Positions 9,181 through 18,900 of a stretch of DNA of 64,000 nucleotides are shown piece after piece. Source of the DNA: Candidatus Lutacidiplasma silvani. GTDB lineage: Archaea > Thermoplasmatota > Thermoplasmata > Lutacidiplasmatales > UBA184. A program made the translations under genes and the position numbers. The DNA lies in NCBI GenBank assembly GCA_022750295.1, contig JAKIVZ010000001.1, positions 5,651-69,650 on the forward strand, given 5' to 3'. The notes beneath the pieces were generated by a model. The model did no database searches and was not told the DNA's origin. It worked only from the letters and a program-made list of their open reading frames with translations. Each line of letters opens with the position of its first letter. Position 1 is the first letter of the stretch.

Positions 9181-10050
9181 TCAGGAGAGCGTGTTGGCGA
9201 GGGCATAGAACGCTTCGGGGGCGAGCTGTTCCGGGCGCCGGGTCGCCCAATCGGTCGGCCAGCCCGACGACCGGGCCGTCCCTTCCGGATCTCCGGTGAG
9301 CCGGGGAAGGAGGTTGCCGAGTTGCTTTCGCCGCGAGGAGAACAGGACCCGGACGACCTCCTCGAGGCGGGGGACCGAGCCGACGGGGAGCGGGTCGGGC
9401 CGCGCGGTGAGCGTCAGGATCCGGCTCCCGACCGCGGGACGGGGGTGGAACGATTCGGGTCCGACCGGACGGAAGAGCTCGACCTCGGCGAACAGCTGGG
9501 CGAGGATGCTGAGGCGGCCGTACGTCCGGGACCCCGGTGGCGCGGCGAGGCGGGCGGCGACCTCCTCCTGGACCATGACGACGACCCGCGGGACGCGGGC
9601 CTTGAGGAGCCGGATCACGATCGGCGTCGCGGCGGCGTACGGGAGGTTGCCGACCACCGCCGCGGCTGGCGGGAGCGGAATCTCGAGCGCGTCGCCGGTC
9701 ACGACCTTCGCCCGGCCCTGGAGCGCCGCCGTGAGCCGCTTCGCGAGCCGGCGGTCGAGCTCGAGGACCGTCACGTCGGTGTACCCCCGGCGGAGGAGCG
9801 CGGCGGTGAGGATCCCGAGCCCGCCCCCGACCTCGACCACCGGGGCATCGAGCGGGCGCTCCACGAGCGCCGCCTCCGCGTCGGCGACGAACGGGTCGTG
9901 GAGGAACGACTGGCCGAGGGTCCGCGACGGGCGGAGCCCGAGGACGGTGAGCGCCTCGGCGACCGCGCGGGGCGACTCGGGCGCACCGAACGGCGCGCTC
10001 GGGCCGGCCGCGCTAGTCGGGGACGAAGAGACGGTACTTGTCCGCAACAC
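9181..10050 (-). CDS. rsmA: 16S rRNA m6,2A dimethyltransferase
   Basis: LGQSFL, EVGGGLG, NLPY, MVQEEVA.RL, YGRLS motifs; conserved gene context. Confidence 0.92.
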   Translation of the reverse strand: MLRTSTVSSSPTSAAGPSAPFGAPESPRAVAEALTVLGLRPSRTLGQSFLHDPFVADAEAALVERPLDAPVVEVGGGLGILTAALLRRGYTDVTVLELDRRLAKRLTAALQGRAKVVTGDALEIPLPPAAAVVGNLPYAAATPIVIRLLKARVPRVVVMVQEEVAARLAAPPGSRTYGRLSILAQLFAEVELFRPVGPESFHPRPAVGSRILTLTARPDPLPVGSVPRLEEVVRVLFSSRRKQLGNLLPRLTGDPEGTARSSGWPTDWATRRPEQLAPEAFYALANTLS

Positions 10051-10558
10051 CTTGGAGCTCGGCCTCGATCCGCCCGACGAGAAGGAGCTGCGGGCTCTTC
10101 AGGTGGAGGCGGGTCTCGAGGTCGGCGAACGAGGTGAACGGTCCGCGCTTCCGTTCCTCGACGATCGCCTGCATCGTCCGCTTGCCGATCCCGGGGAACA
10201 GCTCGAGGAGATGGAACCGGCGCGACACCGACGGCGAGTCGTTGAAGAACCGGAGGTACTTCGCCGGGTCGGCAAGGACGACCTTCTCGAGCGACGACGT
10301 GAGCTCGGTCCGGGCGGCGCTCGTGAGCTCCTCGTACCCGATCCGCCGGCGGACGTGGTCGAGCGGTGGCGCGACCCCGTTGACCGGGACCGCCGGGATC
10401 CGACTGCCCGGGACGAGGGCCACGCCCGATCGGGGAATGATCTCGAGGAGTTTGAGCTCGCTCTCACCGACGGCGAGGGCGACCGGTTCCCGGAAGAACC
10501 CCCGCTCGGTCGACCGACCGGACGGCAGGTAATCGAGGACGTAGACGTAGTTCTCCAT
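10013..10558 (-). CDS. DUF655 family RNA-binding protein
   Basis: 'YVLDYLP.G...FFN...H.LEL.PGIGK' HhH motif; canonical position between rpoF and ksgA. Confidence 0.9.
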   Translation of the reverse strand: MENYVYVLDYLPSGRSTERGFFREPVALAVGESELKLLEIIPRSGVALVPGSRIPAVPVNGVAPPLDHVRRRIGYEELTSAARTELTSSLEKVVLADPAKYLRFFNDSPSVSRRFHLLELFPGIGKRTMQAIVEERKRGPFTSFADLETRLHLKSPQLLLVGRIEAELQGVADKYRLFVPD

Positions 10559-10573
10559 GGCCGTACGCCCCGG

Positions 10574-10888
10574 TCATCGGTATTGCGCGACGAGCTCGAG
10601 CAGCTTGGTCAGCTGCTCCTCCTCCAGGACGACCCGCTCCTTCGCGAACAGGAGCCGGACCTCCTCGGGGTACTGGGGGAGGATATCGGCGATCTTGACG
10701 GCCAGGCTGGCGTCGATGAACGGCAGGGTGCGCAGCTCGGAGACGAGCTTGTGGACGTCCCCCGGGTCGAGGGGGGCGAACAGCTCGGCGTGCTGCTGGG
10801 CGAGGAGCGCCTCCCGGGGGAGGGGGCGGAGGCCGGCCTCGGTGGTGAGCATCTTGCGGACGTCGGAGAGGGGGACCGGGTCGGGCAT
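10574..10888 (-). CDS. rpoF: DNA-directed RNA polymerase subunit Rpo4 (F)
   Basis: 'AVKIADILP...EEVR..FAKE'; conserved context. Confidence 0.9.
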   Translation of the reverse strand: MPDPVPLSDVRKMLTTEAGLRPLPREALLAQQHAELFAPLDPGDVHKLVSELRTLPFIDASLAVKIADILPQYPEEVRLLFAKERVVLEEEQLTKLLELVAQYR

Positions 10889-11194
10889 CTAGCTCGCTCC
10901 GCCGCCGGCGCGCCGCAGGTGGACCGGGTTCGCGATCAGCTGCTTCCGCTTCTGTCCGTCCAGGAAGTCGATCTTGTACGCGCGGCCGACCTTCGCCACG
11001 ACCGTGCACGTACGCCCCTGGTACCGGGGGTGGGGCTGGCCGTGGGGGTCGGACGGTTCGATGATCACGAGGACCTTCTCCCCGATGGCGAACTCTTGAA
11101 GGAACCGGGTGATCGGGGGCATCCCCCGCTCCCGGACCTCCTTGGTGAACGTCCCGCGGCTGCGCGAGCGGAACCCCTTCGAACTTTTGACCAT
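10889..11194 (-). CDS. rpl21e: 50S ribosomal protein L21e
   Basis: 'SKGFRSRSR...PHPRYQGRT...K.LI.NPVHL'. Confidence 0.97.
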   Translation of the reverse strand: MVKSSKGFRSRSRGTFTKEVRERGMPPITRFLQEFAIGEKVLVIIEPSDPHGQPHPRYQGRTCTVVAKVGRAYKIDFLDGQKRKQLIANPVHLRRAGGGAS

Positions 11195-11197
11195 GGT

Positions 11198-12430
11198 CTA
11201 TCGCTCCGATTCTTCGTCGTGAATGTCCAGGACGTCGAGAAACTCGACGGTCAGCGGTGCTCCGAGGAGCCCCGCGAGGCTCGGGTCGGTCCGTCCATCG
11301 TCCCCTTCCACCCACTCCTTGATGTACGTGCCGGCCTCGGCACGCAGGTCGAGCGTGAACCGTCCCTCGGCCGCTTCGACGATCGACGCCGCGACGATCC
11401 GACGCGTGCGAACACGGTCGGCCCGCCGGTGCGCGACCCTCGTCGGGGTTCGCTGGGCGATTGCTCGGGTCGTTGCGAACGTCAGGGCTTCATTAATCTT
11501 TGCCACCGGGACCACCCCGGCCACGCCGACGCGGTAGCTCTTCATCGGCGACGCCTCCTTGACCCGGACGACGTCGCCGGCGTCGGCCGGCACGACGTCG
11601 AGGACCTCCACCCGCCCTTCGCTCGCCGAGTTCCCCGCGGCGACGATCTCGGCGAGCGCGACGGTCCGTCGCTTCGGGCGGCGGAGTTCGAGCACGAACG
11701 GCCGGCCCCGGCCGAGCATCCGGGCGTCGATGTCCTCCCGGCCCATCCCGTGGAACCGCGTCCCTTCGGCCCCGGTCGCCGCAAGGAACGGCGCGGCCAC
11801 GAGCTCCTCGACGCTCGTCGGGTACGTCTTCCCGCTCCCCTGACACCGGTCGCAGCCGACCCCCTGGCAGGCGCGGCACGGCCACCGGGTCTGCGGAAGG
11901 GTCCGGTCGAGCTTCCGGTACCGGCCCCGAAAGTAGAGGGGCATGACGGTGAGGGTGACGCGGCCGACCGGCACGTCGGCGAGGAAGACGACCTCGGGGC
12001 CGTCGGTCGTCCCTTCGGCCCCGCTCGCGACCTCGAGCCGCTTGCCCAGTTCGCGGTTGAAGGCGCTGTGGATACTCTCGCCCGAAGCGCTGCCGACGGC
12101 GAGCCAGAGCGACTCCTCCCGGGCGAGCGCCTCGGGGTCCCAGCGGGAGCCGCAGGCGAACTTCTGCCACTCGTACTCCTTCCCCGTGGCCTGGCACCGC
12201 TCCACCCAGACGGGGATCCGGTCGAACGCCCCCTCGCACACCGGGCAGGCGTCGGCCGGCGGGAGCGGCCCGAGCGCCTCCGCGATCCGGGCCGCCCGCT
12301 CCGGATTCGTCAGACCGTGCCCGGCGCGGCCGAACAACCGTCCGAAGCATTCGGCGCAGAGGCCCCGACCGAGCGCGCGGCGGGCCGGGTCGAGGATCTC
12401 CGGACCGAGCGGGAACCCTGGTTCGGTCAC
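11198..12430 (-). CDS. pus10: tRNA pseudouridine(54/55) synthase Pus10
   Basis: N-terminal Zn finger; GRY.K..R..PQTRW, GREDIDARMLG, QRTP.RV.HRR, GTYIKE. Confidence 0.96.
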   Translation of the reverse strand: MTEPGFPLGPEILDPARRALGRGLCAECFGRLFGRAGHGLTNPERAARIAEALGPLPPADACPVCEGAFDRIPVWVERCQATGKEYEWQKFACGSRWDPEALAREESLWLAVGSASGESIHSAFNRELGKRLEVASGAEGTTDGPEVVFLADVPVGRVTLTVMPLYFRGRYRKLDRTLPQTRWPCRACQGVGCDRCQGSGKTYPTSVEELVAAPFLAATGAEGTRFHGMGREDIDARMLGRGRPFVLELRRPKRRTVALAEIVAAGNSASEGRVEVLDVVPADAGDVVRVKEASPMKSYRVGVAGVVPVAKINEALTFATTRAIAQRTPTRVAHRRADRVRTRRIVAASIVEAAEGRFTLDLRAEAGTYIKEWVEGDDGRTDPSLAGLLGAPLTVEFLDVLDIHDEESER

Positions 12431-12510
12431 GGCGGACCGCCGATGCGGGGCCGGCCACATGACGTTGTGGGCTCGCGCGTACCCACCGAATCTATTTCCA
12501 TCCCGATTGG

Positions 12511-12930
12511 GTGGGTCCCGACGCCGTGGACGTGATCAAGGAAGCCGAGCTCGTGCGGGCGATCGAGCGGACGCTCGTCGCGCACGGCAAGATGCCCCCC
12601 GAGGAAGCGTTGCCGACCGCCCGGATGGTCCTCGGGTACTTCGGGCTCGACGACACGGTCCTCGACAACAAGCTCTCGAGCGACGACCGGGACCGGTTCT
12701 ACCGCCTGGAGGAGGAAGGGCTGCTCACGAGCGAGGAGGAGGACGCGACCGTGTCGCGCGGGAAGACGTGGCGGATCCACTACTGGTTGATGAAGAAGGA
12801 CCGGATCCGGGACGTCGGCCGGGACCGGGTTGCGGCCGCCGAGGACCCGACGAGCGCCGTCTACCGGGACATCGGCGACTCGGCGTGGAACCGCCGGAGC
12901 GGCCAGCCGCCGACGCCGCCCGCGCCGTAA
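12511..12930 (+). CDS. DUF6015-like protein (Thermoplasmata-type winged helix)
   Basis: 'FG.DD..LDN.L...DRD.FY.LEEEGLL...WRIHYW'. Confidence 0.7.
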   Translation: MGPDAVDVIKEAELVRAIERTLVAHGKMPPEEALPTARMVLGYFGLDDTVLDNKLSSDDRDRFYRLEEEGLLTSEEEDATVSRGKTWRIHYWLMKKDRIRDVGRDRVAAAEDPTSAVYRDIGDSAWNRRSGQPPTPPAP

Positions 12931-12934
12931 CCGG

Positions 12935-13792
12935 TCACGACCGCCGCTGAGGCGGCCCGGGAGCCGTGCGGACCTGCGGGGGCCGGTACCGGGGGTGGAC
13001 CCGGGCGGCCGACGGGTAGTCCGACTGGGTGATCACGTCACGGACGTGCTCGATGGCGGCGAAGGCGAACCCGATCGCCGCGAGGAGGCCAACGAACGCG
13101 GCGTACGGGGCCCACGCGTTCGGGACCCCGAAGGCGGTCGCGATCGCCCCCAGCGAGGCGAGCGCGTTGAACGAGGCGTGCATCGCGACCGCGAGCAGGT
13201 AGTACGATGCGGTCGACGTCGTGTTCCCCTGGTACACGCTCTGCGCGTACCCGCGGCCGAACATCGCGGTCGAGCTCCCGTGGAGGAGGACGGAGGAGAT
13301 CGACCGGAGGAGAATGAGGAGGAGCCCCGCGACGAGGCCGCCGGTCAGGAACGCGCCGAGGCCGTAGAGGAGCGTCTCGAAGAACCCGAAGCCGAGGCCG
13401 ACCGCCGCCCCGAACACGGGGCCGTCGGCGAGGCGGCGCATCGAGGACTTGTACTGGATCACCCCGGACGCCTTCAGCGCCTCCTCGATGAACGGGGCGA
13501 TCACCAGGACGAGGAAGAACGTCCCGGCGGTCGAGCCGCCGTTCAGGAAGGAGAAGTCCGGCCCCGGGTACTTCTGCGAGATCGCGGAGCCGAGGTCGAC
13601 GATGATGAGCTCGAGGATCGCCGCGATGATCGTCGCGCCCAGCGCACCGTACAGGAACAGCCGGAGGAGGAGCCCCCACGGTTCCAACCCCAACCGTTCG
13701 CTCTGGCGGACCCAAAGGAGATAGATGAGCGCCGGCAGGAGCGCCGCCAGCGTGAGGATGAGGAAATCCTCGATCGCCCCGACGTCCCCCAT
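12935..13792 (-). CDS. PrsW-family intramembrane glutamic protease
   Basis: 'APFIEEALK', 'GLGFGFFET', 'LLH', 'HASFN' motifs. Confidence 0.9.
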   Translation of the reverse strand: MGDVGAIEDFLILTLAALLPALIYLLWVRQSERLGLEPWGLLLRLFLYGALGATIIAAILELIIVDLGSAISQKYPGPDFSFLNGGSTAGTFFLVLVIAPFIEEALKASGVIQYKSSMRRLADGPVFGAAVGLGFGFFETLLYGLGAFLTGGLVAGLLLILLRSISSVLLHGSSTAMFGRGYAQSVYQGNTTSTASYYLLAVAMHASFNALASLGAIATAFGVPNAWAPYAAFVGLLAAIGFAFAAIEHVRDVITQSDYPSAARVHPRYRPPQVRTAPGPPQRRS

Positions 13793-13798
13793 GGACGC

Positions 13799-14665
13799 CT
13801 ACGTGCGCGGAGTCCGCGCGGGGTACTCGTAGAATCCGACCCCGGACTTCCGCCCGAGCTGACCGGCGGCGACCATCGAGCGGAGGAGAGGGCACGTGCG
13901 GTACTTGGGGTCCCGGAACCCGTCCCAGAGGACGTCGAGGATCGCCACGGTGGTGTCGAGGCCGACCAGGTCGAGGAGCTCGAACGGCCCCATCGGATGG
14001 TGGAACCCGAGCTTGTAGGCCGTGTCGATCTCCTCCTTCGTCGCGATCCCCTCGTAGAGCATGCACGCCGCCTCGTTGCCCATGACGGCGAGCGCCCGCG
14101 TCGTGACGAACCCGGGGGTATCCTTCGAGGTCACGACGGTCTTGCCGAGGGCGCGGGCGAACTCGGTCGCCTTCGCCACCACCTCCGGGCGGGTCCGGAC
14201 CCCGGGGATCACCTCGACGAGCTCCATCTGCAGCACCGGATTGAAGAAGTGGACCCCGACGACGCGACCCGGGTCCCGCACCGCCGACGCGATCGACGTC
14301 ACCGGCAACGACGACGTGTTGGTCGCCAGGATCGTGTCCGGTCCGACGACGGCATCGAGCTCCCGAAAGAGCGCCTGCTTCAATTCGAGCTTCTCGGGGG
14401 CCGCCTCGACCACGAGGTCGGCGCCCTCGGCCCGACGGAGCCCGATCGCGACGTCGATCCGCGCGAGCGCCTCGGCGACGGTCGGCGCCCCGAACGCCCC
14501 GCGCTTCGCGGCCGATTCGAGCGCCCGCCGGGCGTTCTCGAGCCCGCGTCGGGCGAACTCCTCGTTGACGTCCTCGAGCGTGACGGCGAACCCCGCGACC
14601 GCGCACTGCGCGGCGATCCCGCTTCCCATGATCCCGGCGCCGGCGACGAAGACGCGGCGCTGCAT
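13799..14665 (-). CDS. 3-hydroxyacyl(butyryl)-CoA dehydrogenase
   Basis: GAGIMG.GIA, ATNTSS, HFFNP, HPMGP..L.D.VGLD, GRKSG.GFY. Confidence 0.93.
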   Translation of the reverse strand: MQRRVFVAGAGIMGSGIAAQCAVAGFAVTLEDVNEEFARRGLENARRALESAAKRGAFGAPTVAEALARIDVAIGLRRAEGADLVVEAAPEKLELKQALFRELDAVVGPDTILATNTSSLPVTSIASAVRDPGRVVGVHFFNPVLQMELVEVIPGVRTRPEVVAKATEFARALGKTVVTSKDTPGFVTTRALAVMGNEAACMLYEGIATKEEIDTAYKLGFHHPMGPFELLDLVGLDTTVAILDVLWDGFRDPKYRTCPLLRSMVAAGQLGRKSGVGFYEYPARTPRT

Positions 14666-14718
14666 CGACCGGCGCGGGTCGCTCCCCGGATCCGGGAGGT
14701 CGGTCGCGGCCACGCCGG

Positions 14719-15654
14719 TCACGAGACCGCGGCCCCCATAACGGGGAGCGCGACCGCCCGGCGGTATTCGCAGGCCCGGCATCGGATCCCCGTCGACGGC
14801 TCTCCGCATTCCGCACACCGGGCCGGGGCGGTCCCCCCGGTCTCCGCCTCGAGGAGCCGGACGATCGATTCGCGGCTTCGCAGCAGCGCCTGGCGGGTGC
14901 CGGGGATCGACTCCTCCATCCGCCAGACGACCTCCCGGAACACGTTGCGGCTCGCGAGACCCGCGTACGGGCACTCCGCGTGGTCGAACGGGAGCCCCGC
15001 GGCCCGGGCGTACAGGAACACCTCCCGCTCGGGAACTTCGGCGAGCGGCGCGAGCCGTGGGACGAGGCCGACCTGGCGTCGGGCGTGCGGGGCCATCCGG
15101 CCGAGCCGCGGGATGTCGGCCCGGGCGAAGTTCATCAACACGGTCTGGGCGAGGTCGTCCAGGTTGAATCCCAAGACGAGCGCGTCGGCGCCGGCGTCCC
15201 GCGCAGCCCGATTGAGGAGTTGGCGGCGCCAGACGCCGCAATACGAGCACGGGGCGACCCCGTTCAGCCGCTTCGCGGCGGCGTCGGTCGTGGTGCCGAG
15301 CTCGTCCCGCGCCCGCACGACGACGTGACGGACGCCGAGCGTCCGCGCCAGGGCCCGGGCGGAGCGGAGGGTCTTCGACCGGTACCCCTGGATCCCCTCG
15401 TCGACGGTGATCGCGACGACCGTCACGGTCGGTCGGCGTCCGAAGTACGCGTGGGTCAGCGCGAGCGCCGTCGCCGAGTCTTTCCCTCCGGAGAGGGCCA
15501 CCCCGACCGTGCCCGCTCGGAAGCGGGGAAGCTGCCGGTGCATCGCGGCCCGGAACCGGTCCCGGACGGTGTCGGCCAGATGGACGTCGCAGAGATGATC
15601 GCCCGCGTACGGGCGGTCGACGACCGCGGTCCGGTCGCACCGGGCGCACCGCAC
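14719..15654 (-). CDS. tRNA 2-thiolation protein (TIGR00269/NcsA/TtuA family)
   Basis: SGGKDS PP-loop, CSYCGVWRR, NLDD, CPY, N- and C-terminal Zn fingers. Confidence 0.88.
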   Translation of the reverse strand: MRCARCDRTAVVDRPYAGDHLCDVHLADTVRDRFRAAMHRQLPRFRAGTVGVALSGGKDSATALALTHAYFGRRPTVTVVAITVDEGIQGYRSKTLRSARALARTLGVRHVVVRARDELGTTTDAAAKRLNGVAPCSYCGVWRRQLLNRAARDAGADALVLGFNLDDLAQTVLMNFARADIPRLGRMAPHARRQVGLVPRLAPLAEVPEREVFLYARAAGLPFDHAECPYAGLASRNVFREVVWRMEESIPGTRQALLRSRESIVRLLEAETGGTAPARCAECGEPSTGIRCRACEYRRAVALPVMGAAVS

Positions 15655-15751
15655 GGACCGTCGAGAGCGGTCGGTGTACTTGAGGAACGTCCGCAAAGGT
15701 GCCGCTCCGCCTTAACCATTAATTAGGCCCCTCCCGGCCAAGACCCATCCG

Positions 15752-16663
15752 ATGGCCTCATCGGTACCGCGCGAGCGCTCGCCCGCGTCTCGCGGCCGCG
15801 GGACCGGCACGCCGGGGGCCGCCGTCGAGCCGACGTTCACCGTCGACGACATGGTCGGTCGGTTCCAGCGGATCTTGCAGAGCCAGGAGCGAAGCCCGTG
15901 CACCGTCAAGCAGTACGGGCACATCGCCCACATGTTCCTCGGGTACGTCCACAAGCCGCTCGAGGAGGTCACCAAGAAGGACCTCGAGGCGTTCCGGGAA
16001 CACCTCGTCCTCCAGCGGCACTACTCGAAGAACTCCCTCTACACGACCGTCCGGGGCCTGACGTGCCTGTTCCGGACGTTCGGTCTCGCGGCCGCCGAGG
16101 GGCTCGAGGCGCCGCGACGCCCCGAGCGGCTCCCCCACTACCTGTCGGAGGAGGAGACCCACCGGCTCTTCGGCGCCGTTCAGGACTCCCCGCGCGATTC
16201 CGCGATCGTCCACGTCCTCGCGTTCTGCGGGCTCCGGGTGAGCGAGCTCTGCAACCTCAGTCTCGAGGACCTCGAGCTGTCCCGGAACCTCCTCCACGTC
16301 CGGTCCGGCAAGGGGGACAAGGACCGGGAGGTCGTGCTCGAGGACCGGACCCGCGCGGCGGTCGACCGGTACCTCACGGAACGGACGCTCGCCGGCGAGG
16401 GGTCGACCCGGATGTTCCCGGTCGGGCCGGTCACCGTCGAGCGGATCGTCCGGCGCGCGGCGCGGGACGCCCAGATCCCGCGGCGGGTCACGCCCCACAT
16501 GCTCCGCCACACCCTCGCGACCGCGCTCCTCTCGCGGGGCTGCGACATCCGGTACATCCAGAAGCTCCTCGGGCACGCCTCCGTCGCGACGACGCAGATC
16601 TACACCCACGTCGACACGCAGGCGCTCCGCGACGCCTACCAGCGGGCCAAGCCCCAATATTAG
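15752..16663 (+). CDS. xerA: Site-specific tyrosine recombinase XerA
   Basis: R (GLRVSE), K (GKGDKDR), HxLRH, LLGH, TQIY catalytic residues; housekeeping context. Confidence 0.85.
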   Translation: MASSVPRERSPASRGRGTGTPGAAVEPTFTVDDMVGRFQRILQSQERSPCTVKQYGHIAHMFLGYVHKPLEEVTKKDLEAFREHLVLQRHYSKNSLYTTVRGLTCLFRTFGLAAAEGLEAPRRPERLPHYLSEEETHRLFGAVQDSPRDSAIVHVLAFCGLRVSELCNLSLEDLELSRNLLHVRSGKGDKDREVVLEDRTRAAVDRYLTERTLAGEGSTRMFPVGPVTVERIVRRAARDAQIPRRVTPHMLRHTLATALLSRGCDIRYIQKLLGHASVATTQIYTHVDTQALRDAYQRAKPQY

Positions 16664-16684
16664 CCGCGACCGCTCTCGCCGGCC

Positions 16685-17878
16685 GTGGGGGACGAACCTC
16701 GCGACGTCGTCGTCCTCGGCGCCGGGATCGCCGGGACGGCCCTCGCCTCGCACCTCGCCCGTCGCTCGCTCCGCGTCACCGTCGTCGACCCCCGGACCCC
16801 GGCGGCCGGGGCCAGCGGGCGGGCGGCGGGAATCGTCACCGAGCAGCTGTGGAACGAGTGGGACGTCGCCGTCACCCGGGAGAGCCGGGCCGAGTACCTC
16901 GAACTGGCCAAGGGGGATCCGGAGACGTTCCTCGAGGCACCGTTCGTTCGGCTCACGGTCAACCCGACGATCGCCGAGGCGCTCGGGCACGCGGTCGTTC
17001 GGCTCCGGGGCTGGGGGGTCCCGGTGGAGTCCGTCGACGCGGACCGTCTCCTCGACTGGTTTCCGGCGGGCCATTTCGCCGGGCTTCGGGGCGCGATCGC
17101 CAGTCGGTCGGATGCGTGCGTGACGCCGAGCACGATCACCACGCTGTACCTTGACGACGCGCGGCGACACGGGGCGGAGGTGGCGTTCGGGGCGCCGGTC
17201 CCGGTGCCGGAGTTCCGGGACCGGCGATGGTCCGTCCGGTCGGGTCCGGCGGTGATCCGGGCCCGCGCGCTCGTCGTCGCCGCCGGGGCGTGGTCGAAGT
17301 CGCTCCTCGTCGGGCTCGGCCACCCTCTTCCCCTCACGCCGTACCGAACCCAGGCCGCCGTTCTGCGACCCCCGACCGGTTCGACGAAGGGGCCGGCGGC
17401 GTCGTTCCACGACCTCGACACCGACGTCTACGCGCGCCCGGAGTCGAACGGACGGATCCTCGCGGGGGACGGGACCGAATGGTTCGAGACCGACCCCGAG
17501 CGGTTCGTGGCGGGGGCGGACGCCTCGTTCCTCGCCCACCTGGCGGAGGCGCTCGGGACCTGGTTCCCCGAGTGGGGTGGGAGCGACGTCGTCGGGGCGT
17601 GGGCCGGGGTCTGCACCGCCACTCTCGACCGGCGCCCGTGCATCGGTCCGGTCGACCCCGCGCGGTCGTTGTACTCGATCACCGGGTTCAACGGGTTCGG
17701 GGTGATGCGCGCTGGCGGGGCCGCCCGGCGATTGGCCGAGCTGATCGCCGCCCCCGATTCGGCGACCGCCGCGGCCGCCCTCGAACCGGTGCTGCCGGCC
17801 CGGTTCGGGGGGCGGGCCCCGGTGTTCTCTCCGATCCCCGGATTCACACTCGAGGGCGGCGAAGCGCCCCGCTTCTAG
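16685..17878 (+). CDS. FAD-dependent oxidoreductase (DAO/sarcosine oxidase beta-like)
   Basis: GAGIAG, GASGRAAG, WAG...T.D..P.IG, GFNGFG. Confidence 0.85.
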   Translation: MGDEPRDVVVLGAGIAGTALASHLARRSLRVTVVDPRTPAAGASGRAAGIVTEQLWNEWDVAVTRESRAEYLELAKGDPETFLEAPFVRLTVNPTIAEALGHAVVRLRGWGVPVESVDADRLLDWFPAGHFAGLRGAIASRSDACVTPSTITTLYLDDARRHGAEVAFGAPVPVPEFRDRRWSVRSGPAVIRARALVVAAGAWSKSLLVGLGHPLPLTPYRTQAAVLRPPTGSTKGPAASFHDLDTDVYARPESNGRILAGDGTEWFETDPERFVAGADASFLAHLAEALGTWFPEWGGSDVVGAWAGVCTATLDRRPCIGPVDPARSLYSITGFNGFGVMRAGGAARRLAELIAAPDSATAAAALEPVLPARFGGRAPVFSPIPGFTLEGGEAPRF

Positions 17879-17895
17879 CGCCCCCGAGGGGCGAA

Positions 17896-18783
17896 CTATT
17901 CGGCCGCCCGGAGGCGGTCCAGCTTCTCGAGGAACTCGACCCCTTCCCCGGTCGACATCGGCTTGCCGTCCTCCCGGGTCAGGGGCAGTCCGGCGGTCGC
18001 GCATGCTGCCTCGGGGGTAGCGCCCCCGAGGAGGGCGCGGATCGCCCGCTGCTCGCGCCGACTGAGCGAGACTCCCTGCAGCTGGAACTCCTCGAACGCC
18101 TCGGTGGCGACCGGGGCGACGGCCCGGGCGATCCCGGCGAGCTCGGCGGCGTAGCGGCGGATCTCCTCCTGGGCGTGGGGGTCGAGCCGGAGCGAGAGGA
18201 AGTGGAACAGGTTGTGCAGGTCGGTCTTCCAGTACCACTCGGTGTAGTACGCAAGCGGAAGGACGAGCCGGGCGGTCTCCCGGGCCACCCCGGCCTCGAG
18301 GGCCGCCGTGTACGCCCCGTACGCCTCGCCCGAGAGCCGTTCGAGGTCCGACCGGAACTTCTCGGCGGTCCCCGCGGGGAGCGGGTCCGAGCGCCCCTGC
18401 CGGTTCCGGGCCGACTGCTGCCGAATGTCCTCGAGCGCCGGGAGGTCGAACTCGTCGGGGACGATCGAGTACCGCTGCGAGTACTCGTTGATGTTCGCGG
18501 TCCGATGGCGGACCCACTGGCGCGCGACGTAGATGGGGAGCCGGACGAGAAACTTCAGCTCGACCATCTCGAACGGCGTGGTGTGGCGGTGCCGCATCAG
18601 GTACCGAACGAGGCCGCGGTCGTCGCGGACCGTCTTCGTTCCGGCGCCGTACGAGACCCGCGCCGCCTGGACGATCGCCGCATCGCCGCCCATGTAATCG
18701 ACGAGGACGACGAACCCGTGGGAGAGGACGGGCCGCTTCACCCCGATGAGGGCGTCGGCGGCGGGGATCGTCGGGCGGGTCAT
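17896..18783 (-). CDS. thyX: Flavin-dependent thymidylate synthase
   Basis: AARVSY, HTTPFE, RQWVRHRTANINEYSQRY, HAQ.EIR. Confidence 0.96.
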   Translation of the reverse strand: MTRPTIPAADALIGVKRPVLSHGFVVLVDYMGGDAAIVQAARVSYGAGTKTVRDDRGLVRYLMRHRHTTPFEMVELKFLVRLPIYVARQWVRHRTANINEYSQRYSIVPDEFDLPALEDIRQQSARNRQGRSDPLPAGTAEKFRSDLERLSGEAYGAYTAALEAGVARETARLVLPLAYYTEWYWKTDLHNLFHFLSLRLDPHAQEEIRRYAAELAGIARAVAPVATEAFEEFQLQGVSLSRREQRAIRALLGGATPEAACATAGLPLTREDGKPMSTGEGVEFLEKLDRLRAAE

Positions 18784-18900
18784 CGGCGCCCCGCCCGCGG
18801 CCATCCGGGGTCCGGAGCCGCGTCGTCCGATAAAGCCCGCGACGCGCGGCGGCGCGGGAAACCGTTTAGGTCGAACCCGGCTCGATAGGTCGGAGGGACG

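Noticed and set aside
9296-15328. Very long + strand ORFs (1079 aa, 832 aa) and similar ORFs elsewhere
   Set aside because: These are antisense or off-frame shadows of real genes caused by high GC; they are Arg/Gly/Pro-rich and have no motifs.
15711-15730. AT-rich stretch next to xerA as a dif site
   Set aside because: No 11-6-11 inverted-arm structure; it is better explained as divergent TATA boxes.
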